Assembly: GCA_002269645.1 (NCBI GenBank) | Contig: NIVC01001293.1 | Coordinates: 62,001 to 126,000 of the forward strand | DNA: 64,000 bases | From: Macrostomum lignano | Taxonomy: Eukaryota | Direction: 5' to 3' | Part shown: positions 34,152-48,375 of the stretch, piece by piece | How the letters are laid out: every line of letters begins with the position of its first letter | Position numbering within the stretch: position 1 is the first letter of the stretch | Program-made: the position numbers and the translations under genes | The notes under the pieces: generated by a model | Database searches by the model: none | What the model saw: the letters and a program-made list of their open reading frames with translations, nothing else | Told to the model about the DNA's origin: nothing

Positions 34152-37100
34152 CTCCCAACCCTCTGCTTGAACATAGACTAAATACCAAGTTTAAATAGTC
34201 TCAATGGGCATATTAAAACTAAAGTGCAGTTATAAAATGTATTATAATTGTTAGCAACCAATGATCACAATTATTGGCAGTAGCTGATAAGCAATCAAAT
34301 AAATATTTTACCAACTATATAATCACAAAATATTATAGCTAGTATGAAATAATATGAATATGCATGTGCATGAATTGTTATCATTGCAATATTTAAATCA
34401 TATATAATCTTTATCTTATTTTATATAGTCAATATATAGAACAAAATACTTTGACTTTATTAAGCAAACTATGCTCAATAACTGTTTAACTTTGAGACTA
34501 GAAAACAGAAAAAAAGTGAAAATAAAAATAGAAAGGTAAATGTATCTATCTAAAATTTTTTCATTCATATAGTTAATTGAAGATTTGGTATGTATTAATG
34601 TAATTTGAAAATATTTTAAAGCAAAAAGTAGAATGCTTTAAATAAAAAATTAAATAACTAGGTTAAATAAATTGGTCAATGTGTTTTAGGTAAATTGAAA
34701 TTTGCTATCCCAAAATTGAGCTATAAATATTAGCATTGATTGCATTCTTTATATATGCATACACATTCATAGAACAGGTAGGTGGGGCAAATAACAATAG
34801 GCCTAGTCTGAAATATTAGTACCAGCACCTACAAGTTAGTGATAAGGTAGTCAGTCAGAGTAGAAATGTAGGAATGTATAGCTGCAGTGCAATTGCTTGG
34901 TTGGCTGGTACAGTAGGGCTAAAGCCAAAATATAATAGACTTGCAATATAATTGCAAGTCTAAAAATACCAAGTCAAATAAATGCCTTGTAAAAGTCAAT
35001 AAAGATGATTGACATAGAGCCTTGGTAGGTCTTGTAGGCCTCTATGATAGTAGATAGTGGTAAGTTGCTTAGTAAAAGACCAACCTAGATAAAAAGCACC
35101 TTGGAAATTTAGCAACAGTAGCAAGTTGAGGCTAGAGAAGATTTGGTTGTGGTTGACAGTTATTTTGTCTACTGCTAGTTTGTCTGCCATTCTTTCATTT
35201 GCAAAAATACGATGCAGTCATTTCATCTGCCACAAAATATTAAGACTAAGTATGATGCTGGTACATATAATAATGAAAATAAATATCTATATATCTTAAA
35301 AATTAAAAACTAGAACTAAGAATCTAGAACGTTAGAACTAGAAGCACAAGCATATAATCTAAAAATATTTTTCCCAAGGGACCCATAGTATACATATACA
35401 CATACAGTTACTTTTTGTATATGAATTTTGTAAGCTGAATAATTGTTCATAATAAAAATGCATTATCATCATTAGATAGGATCATAATAATGCTCATAAC
35501 AGCTGGCCAATCGTATTCAATAGCGAACTCTGTCTCTGCCTTCAATATTTGTAACTATAGCATCCCTTCCCATCAATATTAAGTTCTTCTTTTCTATGGA
35601 TGTTTAAAATTTATATCATTTCTTTGAAATATTGCTATTAACAAAATTACACTTAGAAAAACTGATATCCCATTTTACCTTTTTTTGCATGACTCGCAAT
35701 ATTTAATTATGGAAAATTAGCTTTACTAGCTATGTAGCTATACCTTAATTTTTCTTGTTAAAAAGTTGTTTTGTCTGCCAGCATAAATAGAATTTTATTT
35801 ATTAGTAGCTTTAGCATATGGCCCCAATATATCAATAAGGATACCTTCCTGCAACCAAAGTTTAAAAAGGTCTGAACAATGCTAGACATCCCCCTTTGGG
35901 CCTTTCCCATGCCAGACTATGCTAGCATGCCAGATTGTAGCTATTCTATAAGAGGCCAATTTGCATAAGATACTATATATAATAATACCATAGCTATTAG
36001 TTGCAATAGGGCAAGGGTAATCTTATACTATGGATTATTTTTAAGTTTAAATGTTTTTATTTTACTTTAGATTAGAATTTAGTACTCAAATAATTTTTTA
36101 AACTAAAGAAAGTTAAAAGAATTCTACAAATTATTTCTATAATAATAAAAATTGATTTGACCCTAGAATATTATTTAAAAACTTTCTGTTTTTTATTTTT
36201 TAGCTATCCTCTGACAATCATAGGATAGGCCTAGGCCTACTAAAGCCAAATAAAATGTAATTAAAAAAGCTCTGTTATAAATTTACTGATTGAAATTGAG
36301 GTAAGTGGATTTGTCATTATTTAATATTTGTATGAAAAGAAAATCAATATTTAGTCTAGGTTCTAGACTGACAAATGTTGAGATAGGCTTAAATCCAGAT
36401 ACTAATTATAATTATTTATATAATTTATATAATTTACATCAATTTATAACAAAGTGGCTTTCAATATGATAATCATATAAATATAGCTACTAAAAAGCTG
36501 GATATTTTAATTAATTTACCTTTACCTGTCTTTTGGTGACTACTAAATTTACCCTATTCATGTACAGTAAATATAAAAAAGACTAGTGTATTGAAAGTTT
36601 AAAGTTGCAAGGGTTAAAACTAATTTTCTTTAAATGATCGCCTCGAAGGTCGACTTGAATCACTACGGACAGAGAAGACTTGAGATGATTGCTGCGAGCT
36701 AATATTCCAAGAAACAGTAATTATTTTCAAATTTGAAATACATTCGCGATATCAAAAAGAATATGTAACGCACAAAAGGCGTAATCTAATTTTTTCCTTT
36801 CATAATACATGAATCCAAAATTTCTGATAGCCACTGAAAATAAGTACCTTTGACTGTTGAATTTATTTTTTTGTAAATTTGCTACTGCACGAAAACTTAT
36901 TACTGTTATGAAGTTATTGAAAGCGAATTTTTTAGAACTAAAGTAAGTGAGGGACATAAACGGCCTTGAGGCTTGAGTAAGCAAGATCAGCGAAACAGTG
37001 AATCAGAAACACTTACCACGCCCACCTTAATGCTCAAATTTGTAATTGTGATTTGATTTATTTTACATACATTCGCAAATTTAAACACAATATGCGCTAA

Positions 37101-38438
37101 ATAGTTGCAATGAGGTGGGCAAGTTATTTTTGTCAGCCAGCCATAGTTCTAAACTCATAGTCTACAAAAAATGTCTATCTGAGGAAATTTGTTAAAAAGA
37201 ACGTAGAAATAATTTTGTTCAATATTACTGTAGGTTTTATTAATTTTAACTGTGTATATCAAATTAATTTGTTTTAACCAATAAATATTTTTGCCAGATT
37301 TTTGTACCTATTCAACTGTACATTTAGACACGTAATTTATCTTGGCGCGCGCTTCAAACTTAATCAAATGTCTTACTAAGTCTAAACGGCATACAATACT
37401 ATACTACTACGAACATTAGAGTATATTACATCAATGCAAACTTATGCAGAAAACAAAGGCAGTCTTTAATTGAATACTATTCACCTTATTGTCAGTTTAT
37501 AGAACAAATGTCGGAATGACATAAACAATTATTGCGCAACTCTGATCTGATTCCTCATGTCCTTAGCGTTTGTCAGGGAGGTATTACTATTTATTAGTCT
37601 TCTTAATTCATAATTTTTGTTGTGGATAATAGTCTTCGACTCAGAGTAGCACTAGGCCTTTTTAGATTTAAATTTAATGTAGTAAGTAACGTCTACTCTG
37701 TTCAGATCCATTTAGAATAGACTAGGCCTGCTTTTAAATTAACCTTATAATCCTGTATTATGCCTGTATTATTAGTATTGCCCGCCAAGAATTGCCCACC
37801 AAGATTCGGAGCTTTGTCTGCAGTGCAACCACAAGTGAATTAATTGCCTGCGAGAGATTTGTCCACTAAGTTTTTCCTACTGCAAGGTTTGCCCACACAG
37901 CTCTTTTCTTAGAAATTAGGATATTCTCAAATGGCTTCACTGGGTTCAGTTGATGCCACAATTCCTCTAAGTATGTTTCAAATAGGGCTTGTGAAGTCCC
38001 ATGAATGGCATGCACTGCATGCAGCATAGCCTTACTAAAATTAGGACTTTACTTTTAGTTATTTGTTATTTGTCAACTTGTTAAAGGTCATTGATGTTTA
38101 GACTTGACCATAGACATTTTTTCAAGTTAAAAATGTGTCAAATGTTCTGGCCATAGACTATTATAGCTTTTTGGTGTCAGATACATTATAAACAGTTTTG
38201 AAGCATAGAATTAGTGCTTAATCAGGCTTAAGTCTCTTAAAAGTATTTATTTGTACTTAAAAAGTTTGTAGATTACTTTTCTAGAGTCAAAATAATTTAA
38301 TGAATGAAACTTGACAATTGCCCTACATTTATATACCTGGACTAAAAAAATGTTTTGATTGTTTTCAAACTTTATATACCAAAGTTATATACTTTTTTTA
38401 ATTTATTATTCATGCAGAGTAGCAAATTAAAAAATATA

Positions 38439-39117
38439 TAGAGCTGTCAAGAGATCTCGACGAGACAAGATCTTGACATTTTTTCTCATCTCAAGAAATC
38501 TCAAATTTTGTCAAGAAATTCAAGACAAGATTCAAGAATTTTTCTAATACCTTTTTTCAAAAGCTTTTAAGTGATAAGATATAAAAAGGGAAGCAAATTT
38601 TCATATAAATACAACTGTTTTTTGTAACACGCTTGATAGGGCAATTTTCAAATGGTAAAATCTAGCCAATGTCAAGCAGTTTTAGTTATTTAACGAACAT
38701 CATTATATACAAGTTTGCATTTCATATGTGCTCTTTTAGTTATCATTTCAGTTCTGCGGCAAGGTGTATCACAACAGACTCGAAGACAATCTACATAGGT
38801 CTTTTGACGAATTAGTAATAGACATAGTAGGGCCAAGGGCCTATATGCTACAAGCATAAATGCTTATGAATAAATAGCAAAGAATTAAAACTAGAATTAA
38901 GAAAGTATTCTGGAAAATCTAAAAAATATATTTTAGAATTGTATCTTATCAAGAAATTTAAGACAAGATAAGACAAGAAAAGAGCAAGACAAGATGCAAT
39001 TCTGAAATATATTTTTTTAGATTTACTTTGTCTTGTCTCGTCTCAAAATTCTTGACTTATAAGCCTTTCTCATCTCGAATCTCATCTCGAATAAAATCTC
39101 TAATTTTGACAGCTCTA
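38439..39117. mobile_element. Non-autonomous hAT-type MITE, 679 bp
   Basis: 12-bp TIR TAGAGCTGTCAA/TTGACAGCTCTA and a perfect 8-bp TSD AAAATATA (38431-38438 and 39118-39125). Confidence 0.85.
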
Positions 39118-39666
39118 AAAATATACACTTTTGTAGCATGCACTGAGAAAAGACAATTATAAAAAAAGTTTTTTTTATTTTTTAAATACTTTTATATGCT
39201 AAAAGTTGAAAAAGTTTCTTTCATTTCTTGTTCCATAAATCTATGTGGATGGTATTGCATACTATAGTCAAAAAGATGGCTATTTTTATGGAAATTTCCA
39301 GTACATAAAGGGGTTGGACATGCACTGCACTGACACATTCTGGTGCAACAGCAAGCAAGGGAGAAAAATCTAGCGCAGTATAGTGCAAGACAAAAAAAGT
39401 CAATACAATTTCGTGCAAGACAAAAACTTCTTACAAGACAATATTTTCTTTGATGGAGAATTAGTATGTTATTTCTTTTTATTAGCACTTTTTGTTTACT
39501 AGTATGTTGACTCCTTTTTTAATTAATTAATTAATGACTTTTATGTTAACATAGCATATTCTATGAAACAGATTCAAATACAAGTTTTACCAATATTTTT
39601 CAAATGGACAATTACTAATTTTTGCATTTTTTCAAAAAGTTGTGGTAGGGTTATTTTATAGGGTTG

Positions 39667-40207
39667 CTTTCACAAACGCAAAATATCACAACCGCTAAAT
39701 CACCTACTTTCATAAACGCAAAACTTCATAAATGCAAAACTTCACAACCGCGAAACTTCACAACCACTAAATCACCCACTTTCATAAGCACAAAACTTCA
39801 CAAATGCGAAACTTCACAACCGCTAAATGTCATTTACTTTCACAACCGCAAAACTTCATAACAAGAAGAAGTTTCGTTAAACTTCAACCCCGAAACTTCA
39901 TAACCGCTAAATGTCATCTACTTTGACAACCGCGAAACTTCATAACTGTGAAACTTCACAACCACAAAAAATTTTGCACATACTTTCATATACTGCAGTC
40001 TTTTTAGTGGTTGTGAAGTTTCGCGGTTATGAAGTTTCACAGTTGTGAAAGTAGATGACATTTAGCGGTTATGAAGTTTCGCAGTTGTGAAGTTTCACAT
40101 TTGTGAAAGTGACAGCAAAAAAATTAGCGGTTGTGAAGTTTCACGTTTATGAAAGTGACTGCAAAAAATTAGTGGTTGTGAAGTTTCACATTTGTGAGAC
40201 TTGTGAA
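39667..40207. mobile_element. Foldback-like element: inverted arms built from AAACTTCACAACCGC subrepeats
   Basis: The left arm (~39670-39970) and right arm (~40005-40205) are reverse complements at the subrepeat level. No TSD identified. Confidence 0.6.
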
Positions 40208-40535
40208 ACAAATGTGTGACTCAAAGAAAAATTATTTTAATTGCATACAGAGTAAAGCTGTTTTACAAAATACTCTCTAGATATAGCTATACATTTTCAT
40301 AGCTAGGTAAAATTATTGAGGCGGCATATGCATATGTATAGCTATATTTCATAGGCCTAAGGTATTTTGTATGGTATTCATTGTATCAGCGTATAGCAGG
40401 TGGTATACTTAAAAGTGCACAGATTGTGCACAAAATTCAGCATATCTGCCTACTTAAATATGCTAAAAATGTAAACAGAATTCTTGAAAAATCATATTTA
40501 AAATAAAATCTTTGCATGCCAATCTTCAGACAGCT

Positions 40536-43500
40536 ATGCCTCACAGAATGAAATTGCTGCTCCTAGCCCTGCTACTACTGCTGGCCACTGAATTGGCAGC
40601 TGGTGCAGAGGATGCCAGATCACCAGACGCTGAAGCAGACGTCTCCGACGACGACGACCCGGCCGACGATAAAGCCGGTGTAGACGCGGCAGCCCCGCCT
40701 GCTAAGCCGGTGTTCACGCCGCCAAAGGTTCCAGCTGGTGCCTATTATGCTCAATTCTTTACTGCGCCATCGAATCTGGCTGAACAGCTGGTGCTGTCCA
40801 AGTCTAAGAAGGAAGGCGTGGACTCGGATTTGTCCAAGTACGACGGCTTCTGGTCCGTTGAAGTGCCCGAGTCCAGCGCCATTGATGCCGACTTTGCTTT
40901 GGTGCTCAAATCTAAAGCCAAACACCACGCCGTATCCGCTAAGTTGGCTAAGCCTTTCGCCTTTGACCAGCCCGGCAAGCAGTTTGTTATGCAATACGAA
41001 GTGAAGTTTCAGAACGGCATGGATTGCGGCGGAGCCTATGTTAAACTGCTGACTGACGGGCCCGGGATGGATCTGAAGGTTGGCTAGCATTCACTCAGTG
41101 CTCTTTTGTGGCTTGTTTCTATGTTGTCACTAAGGAGGGTAGCGGCTGTCACTGAGGGAGGGTAGCGGCTGTCACTGAGGGAAGGTAGCGGCTGCCACTG
41201 AGGGGGGGTAGCGGCTGTCACTGAGGGAGGGTAGCGGCAGACACTGAGGGAGGGTAGCGGCAGACACTGAGGGAGGGTAGCGGCAGACACTGAGGGAGGG
41301 TAGCGGCAGACACTGAGGGAGGGTAGCGGCAGACACTGAGGGAGGGTAGCGGCAGACACTGAGGGAGGGTAGCGGCTGTCACTGGGGGAGGGTAGCGGCT
41401 GTCACTGAGGGAGGGTAGCGGCTGTCACTGAGGGGGGGGGTAGCGGCTGTCACTGAGGGAGGGTAGCGGCAGACACTGAGGGAGGGTAGCGGCTGTCACT
41501 GGGGGAGGGTAGCGGCTGTCACTGAGGGAAGGTAGCGGCTGTCACTGAGGGGGGGGTAGCGGCTGTCACTGAGGGAGGGTAGCGGCTGTCACTGAGGGAG
41601 GGTAGCGGCTGTCACTGAGGGAAGGTAGCGGCTGTCACTGAGGGCGGGGTAGCGGCTGTCACTGAGGGAGGGTAGCGGCAGACACTGAGGGAGGGTAGCG
41701 GCAGACACTGAGGGAGGGTAGCGGCAGACACTGAGGGAGGGTAGCGGCAGACACTGAGGGAGGGTAGCGGCTGTCACTGGGGAGGGTAGCGGCTGTCACT
41801 GAGGGAGGGTAGCGGCTGTCACTGAGGGGGGGGGTAGCGGCTGTCACTGAGGGAGGGTAGCGGCAGACACTGAGGGAGGGTAGCGGCTGTCACTGGGGGA
41901 GGGTAGCGGCTGTCACTGAGGGAAGGTAGCGGCTGTCACTGAGGGGGGGGTAGCGGCTGTCACTGAGGGAGGGTAGCGGCTGTCACTGAGGGAGGGTAGC
42001 GGCTGTCACTGAGGGAAGGTAGCGGCTGTCACTGAGGGCGGGGTAGCGGCTGTCACTGAGGGAGGGTAGCGGCAGACACTGAGGGAGGGTAGCGGCAGAC
42101 ACTGAGGGAGGGTAGCGGCAGACACTGAGGGAGGGTAGCGGCAGACACTGAGGGAGGGTAGCGGCAGACACTGAGGGAGGGTAGCGGCAGACACTGAGGG
42201 AGGGTAGCGGCAGACACTGAGGGAGGGTAGCGGCAGACACTGAGGGAGGGTAGCGGCAGACACTGAGGGAGGGTAGCGGCAGACACTGAGGGAGGGTAGC
42301 GGCAGACACTGAGGGAGGGTAGCGGCTGTCACTGGGGGAGGGTAGCGGCTGTCACTGAGGGAGGGTAGCGGCTGTCACTGAGGGGGGGGTAGCGGCTGTC
42401 ACTGAGGGAGGGTAGCGGCAGACACTGAGGGAGGGTAGCGGCTGTCACTGGGGAGGGTAGCGGCTGTCACTGAGGGAAGGTAGCGGCTGTCACTGAGGGG
42501 GGGTAGCGGCTGTCACTGAGGGAGGGTAGCGGCAGACACTGAGGGAGGGTAGCGGCAGACACTGAGGGAGGGTAGCGGCTGTCACTGGGGAGGGTAGCGG
42601 CTGTCACTGAGGGAAGGTAGCGGCTGCCACTGAGGGGGGGGGTAGCGGCTGTCACTGAGGGAGGGTAGCGGCTGTCACTGAGGGAAGGTAGCGGCTGTCA
42701 CTGAGGGCGGGGTAGCGGCTGTCACTGAGGGAGGGTAGCGGCAGACACTGAGGGAGGGTAGCGGCAGACACTGAGGGAGGGTAGCGGCAGACACTGAGGG
42801 AGGGTAGCGGCAGACACTGAGGGAGGGTAGCGGCAGACACTGAGGGAGGGTAGCGGCAGACACTGAGGGAGGGTAGCGGCAGACACTGAGGGAGGGTAGC
42901 GGCTGTCACTGAGGGACGCAGCAACCCAATGCGATGCCACTGCACACCCGAAGCCGAACGTGCCCCACCCTCAACCCCCGCAGGAGTTCAACGACAAGAC
43001 TCCGTACACCATCATGTTCGGGCCTGACAAGTGCGGCATGGACCATAAGCTGCACTTCATTCTGCGGCACAAGAATCCGAAATCTGGCAAAATCGAAGAG
43101 AAGCACGCCAAAAAGCCCAAAGCTGATTTGGATTCGTACTTTAACGACAAGCGAACTCACCTGTACACCCTGGTGCTGAACTCGGACAATAGCTTCGAGG
43201 TGTACGTTGACAGGAGCCTGGTGAACAGCGGCAGTCTCCTAGAGGACATGCAGCCGCCGGTGAACCCGCCTAAAGAGATTGACGATCCTAACGACAAGAA
43301 GCCGGCCGACTGGGACGAGCGCGAGAAAATCCCCGATCCCAAAGCCGTTAAGCCGGACGACTGGGACGAGACTCAGCCGGAGTTTATCGAAGACGCCGAG
43401 GCCGTCATGCCGCAGGGCTGGCTTGTTGACGAGCCGCTGACCGTCCCAGATCCCAAGGCCGAGAAGCCCAAGGACTGGGACGAGGATATGGACGGGTCCT

Positions 43501-45902
43501 GGGAGCCGGCGCAGGTTGACAATCCCAAGTGAGGCTTTGTCTGTTTTTTTTATTCTGAAGCATTCCAATAATCATCTGCAAACTATTTCAGTGATTGTCT
43601 GGAAATCATTCCTGTGATTGTCTGGAAATCATTTCTGTGATTGTCTGGAAATCATTCCTGTGATTGTCTGGAAATCATTTCTGTGATTGTCTGGAAATCA
43701 TTCCTGTGATTGTCTGGAAATCATTCCTGTGATTGTCTGGAAATCATTTCTGTGATTGTCTGGAAATCATTCCTGTGATTGTCTGGAAATCATTCCTGTG
43801 ATTGTCTGGAAATCATTTCTGTGATTGTCTGGAAATCATTCCTGTGATTGTCTGGAAATCATTTCTGTGATTGTCTGGAAATCATTTCTGTGATTGTCTG
43901 GATTGTCATTCCAATAATCATCTGGAACTCATTTCAATGATCATCTGGAAATCATTCCAATAATCACCTTAAAATCATTTCAACAATAATCTGGAAATCA
44001 TTTTAATAATAATCTGGAAATAATTTTAAGAATAATCTGGAAATAATTTTAATAATCATCTGGAAATCATTCCAATAATCACCTTGAAATCATTCCAATA
44101 ATCACCTTGAAATCATTCCAATAATCACCTTGAAATCATTCCAACAATCATTCGGAAAACATTCCAATAATCACCTTGAAATCATTCTAATAATCACCTT
44201 GAAATCATTCCAACAATCATTCGGAAAACATTCCAATAATCACCTTGAAATATTTCCAATAATCACCTTGAAATCATTCTAATAATCACCTTGAAATCAT
44301 TCCAACAATCATTCGGAAAACATTCCAATAATCATCTAGAAATCATCACAATAATCATTTGGAAATCATTTTAATAATCATCTGGAAATCATTTCAATAA
44401 TCATCCCGAAATCGTTCTGCAAAATCCAGGTGCAAGGAGGCGCCAGGCTGCGGCCCGTGGACCCGGCCGAAGGTGAAGAATCCGAAGTACAAGGGCAAGT
44501 GGTCGGCCCCGATGATTGACAACCCGGCCTACAAGGGCATCTGGAAGCCGCGGGTGATCCCCAATCCCGACTATTTCGAGGACAAAGAGCCCTGGCGCTT
44601 CGCCCCGATCGGCGCCATCGGCTTCGAGCTCTGGTCGATGAACGACGGCGTCGTTTTCGACAATCTGCTAATAGTCGATCGCAAGTCGCTGGCCGACGAT
44701 TTCGCCGAGCAGACCTGGACGGTGAAGCGGGAGGCCGAGCGACTGGCCGACCCTGGCGCCCAGTCGGTGGTGGACGCCGTTCGCGATGCTACGAAGGACC
44801 GGCCGTGGATCTGGGCGGTGCTGCTCTTGGTGATCGCCTTGCCTGCCGTTCTGCTTATCGTCTACTGCTGCCGCGGCTCGCCGGCCCCGGCGGCTTCGCA
44901 GGCGTCGCAGGCGGCCAGACGGAAGAAAACGGACGAGGCCACGCCAGATTCGGGCGCCCCGGCGGCCGCCACCGAGTCCAAAGCGAATCTGGAGAGCGAC
45001 GAAGATGAAGAGGGAGACGAAAATGGAGAGCAGCAGGATGGGGAGGAGGCTGGAGACGATGAAGGAGAAGAGGCTGCGCCTGCCAAGGGCGATTCGGCCA
45101 AGGCTGGAAATGAGTGAGTTTCTTTTATCGTTTAGCCATTTCTATATTCATAGTGTCGCTCGGAACTTTCCGTTATCGTGTTACTTGTAGTCACAATGTC
45201 ACTCAGCCAGTCACAATGTCACTCAGCCAGTCACAATGTCACTCAGCCAGTCACAATGTCACTCAGCCAGTCACAATGATACTCGGCTACCACAGTCACA
45301 ATGACACTCGGCCACCACAGTACCAATGTCACTCAGCCACAGTCCCATTGTCACTCGGCCATTCACAATGACACTCGGCCACCACAGTCACAATGTCACT
45401 TGGCCACCACAGTCACAATATCACTCAGCCAGTCACAATGATACTCGGCTACCACAGTCACAATGTCACTCGGCCACCACAGTCACAATGTCACTCGGCC
45501 ACCACAGTCACAATGTCACTCGGCCACCACAATCACAATGTCACTTGGCGACCACAGTCACAATGTCACTCAGCCAGTCACAATGATACTCGGCTACCAC
45601 AGTCACAATGTCACTCGGCCACTACAGTCACAATGTCACTCGGCTACCAAAGTCACTCGGCCACCAAAGTCACAATGTCACTCGGCCACCACAGTCACAA
45701 TGTCACTCGGCCACCAAAGTCACAATGTCACTCGGCCACCACAGTCACAATGTCACTCGGCTACCAAAGTCACAAAGTCACTCGGCCACCACAGTCACAA
45801 AGTCAGTCAGCCGCTATCGCGATGTAGCTTCGTTACAAATTTCACTCCATTTTCACCCGCAGGTCCGGCAGCGCCCGCAAGCGCGCACCTCGCAAGGAGT
45901 GA
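40536..45902 (+). CDS. CANX: Calnexin, 603 aa. Exons 40536-41078, 42984-43528, 44430-45113, 45863-45902
   Basis: Signal peptide; lectin motifs [20 protein letters not shown] and [13 protein letters not shown]; P-domain repeats ([21 protein letters not shown]); transmembrane segment; acidic tail ending [10 protein letters not shown]. Three GT-AG introns (phases 0, 2, 2) give 1,812 nt in frame. Confidence 0.97.
41126..42915 (+). repeat. 23-bp minisatellite (GAGGGAGGGTAGCGGC[TGT/AGA]CACT)n in calnexin intron 1
   Basis: About 77 tandem units with two alternating variants. Confidence 0.97.
43591..44400 (+). repeat. 23-bp minisatellite (GTGATTGTCTGGAAATCATTCCT)n grading into AATAATCACCTTGAAATCATTCC, calnexin intron 2
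   Basis: Period 23 (43591/43614). Confidence 0.95.
45189..45805 (+). repeat. 20-25 bp minisatellite (AGTCACAATGTCACTC core) in calnexin intron 3
   Basis: Periods of 20 and 25 visible. Confidence 0.95.
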
Positions 45903-46969
45903 AAATGGCTGTTCAAAGTTTCAACTGTTTGCTAAAGCTGTCCGCTCGCTCGGTCTGTGTAGTCAGTTGAGTAAAATTCTGCAGTTCGAAGGCATAGCAA
46001 CTAACTCTGCTACGATATACTCTACTAGTACATGCTTCGGTTTTTATCTTTAGACTCAAATAAAATTCACGCACTCGAAAACAAGCTGCTTAGCTGTTAT
46101 GATAATACTACTACTACTAATATATTGTTTCGCATTATGAAAATTGAAATCCTTTGCTATGTACTTTAATTCGCCAACCACCCGTGAGTGAATGAATAAA
46201 AAATCTGCTCGTTTTCTACCCAACCCAAACCCGCAAAATTGACAGGCAATTGAATAAAACAATGATTTGCATCTTCCAAAAAAATGTTGTTTTTCCAACT
46301 GAAAATCATAATAAATTATTTCACCCGACGAACAGGCACTCAATTACTATCGATCTTTTGTTAAAAGAAATCCCGACTAAACATGTTTTTTTAAACTGAA
46401 AGTTTCCAGGTGTCTTCTACAATAATAATTCAGGTGACCTGTCTGTCTGTCTGTCAGTTGCTTAATTCATTAACCTGGCAAGCTGTTCAATCAACAGATT
46501 TATCGGCACATATTCTATCTCTATTGCTGAGTTACAAATTAATCCAGTACATTAGTAGCTGCAATCATACCATATATTTAGCTATATCAGTCTTTACATG
46601 AATAACTTAAATTCATGTATGGAGTATGTATTTATACATATAATACTATTAGTAGCGACAATGTGTATCTTTTTTTAGTCGAAATTATCCCGTTGCTTTA
46701 TCTGAAGTCCTCTATCGATCTATTATTATTGTATTGCAAAAGTTAATCAGAAATTTCAATGCCCCAATTTGTTTTACAATTCTAATTTAAGTGGCTTCTG
46801 CCTGTCAGTAAGTCTGTCTGTCTGTCGCGCTGTACTATCTTTTTAGTAAACAATTATATTTGCACCTGTTGTCGAACGACGCGCTCTTGTTAACGTCTAA
46901 TAAATATCTATTGTTAAATGCAAAAAATGGTAAATTGATTGATTTGTTTATTTTGGGGGAAGGGGTCAG

Positions 46970-47455
46970 GTACTGTAGTAAGGATGTCAAAGACTAAGGC
47001 AGAAAAGTTAGTAGTAAATAGGGGACTGTGCTTAGGGTGTCAGAGACTTTAGTAGGATTCAGAGACTGATAGGATGCTAGAAACTTTGATAGGATGTCAG
47101 AGACTGTGCTATGCTAGGGTGTCAAAAACTTTGGTAGACAGTCAGAGACTTACTAGGGTGTCAGAGACTGTACTAGGGTGTCAGACTCTGCTAGGATGTC
47201 AGAAACTTTAGTAGACAGTCAGAGTCTGTGCTAGGGTGTCAAAAACTTTGGTAGACAGTCAGAGACTTACTAGGGTGTCAGAGACTGTACTAGCGTGTCA
47301 GACTCTGCTAGGATGTCAGACTATGCTAGGCTGTCAGAAACTTTAGTAGGCACTCAGAGACTTACTAGGGTGTCAGAGACTGTACTAGGTGTTAGACTCT
47401 GCTAGGATGTCAATGCTAGGCTGTCAGAAACTTTGGTAGGCAGTGTCAGAAACTT
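46970..47455 (+). repeat. Degenerate ~20-bp minisatellite (GTGTCAGAGACT...CTAGG) downstream of calnexin
   Basis: Recurrent TGTCAGA and CTAGG cores. Confidence 0.8.
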
Positions 47456-47985
47456 GGAACATTTTATCTGGCTATTCAGTCGCATTAAAATCATTTTCCG
47501 GCTCATCCAGGGAATTGTGTGACGCGTGATGCGAAAGCACGAATTAGCACGGTGCATGTGCAGTGAAAGCGCCACTGCACTACTAAATTCTATTCAGTAG
47601 TCAGTTACGTTTAATGATGTCGTTAAAAGTTAAATTATCTGGTAACAAAAGCACGTATCATACTACCAGGTATGTTACAGTCTAAAATTTAGGAGTTTTG
47701 TCAGTGCTGTATGATGATGAAACATTATGTATGAGCATTAATCTCTGTGTAATTTGTGTCTGACACTATCGTATAGCAGCTTCGATAAAAAGCGCGATGA
47801 GTCATCGAGCATTTCGATAAGCGGCCAATACAAGTAACGGGCGAGGAGGCTTGCTTAATGTATAAATGCATAACCACACACATACTGTAATCCTATGGAT
47901 CATTGGCGTGATAATCCGACGCTGATGCCTTGCGTACGAGCGAGCGAACGCTGGTATAGAATAGAGAACATGATGAGTCATGTCA

Positions 47986-48161
47986 ATTCAACAGGCAATC
48001 ATGCTCAGCTTATAACTCGCTCCAGCTCCGAAAGCTTCAAAAAATGTTAGAAAACAAACGCTAATTTTGCTACTGAAAGTAGAATTGTACATTTCTGCGA
48101 GTATTCTCTAGTGTATATGTAATCTGCTGGCCTAGAATTTCCCTGTATTAGCCTAGCACAA
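47986..48161 (+). repeat. Left copy of an identical 176-bp direct repeat flanking the gypsy element (right copy 52328-52503)
   Basis: Base-by-base identity of ATTCAACAGG...CCTAGCACAA at both positions, plus a shared CA at the junction. Confidence 0.95.
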
Positions 48162-48375
48162 TGATGTAGCCCCAGTCGAAGCTTGTCACACTAGTATATA
48201 ATCTATGGCTATATCTCCCACTCTACAGTTCCCTCGGTCGCATACCATCGTTAATATCCACCGCTCTGGCTTTTAATCTTACTAATGTGCCTGCTCATCT
48301 TCAATCTTAAGCACTGAAATACATTCGCTTTGACGGCTTTGCCGATAGAGCTAATCCGTTGTTCCGGTCACCACA

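Noticed and set aside
33927-40000. Short AT-rich ORFs of 60-100 aa in the intergenic interval (also 46,056-46,601 and 56,541-59,873)
   Set aside because: They have no recognisable motifs, mostly non-ATG starts, and composition matching the non-coding background or decayed elements.
47558-47580. 8-bp hairpin GTGCAGTG...CACTGCAC as a Helitron 3' end
   Set aside because: It is not followed by CTRR at the expected distance, and no 5' TC end or Rep/helicase remnant was found.
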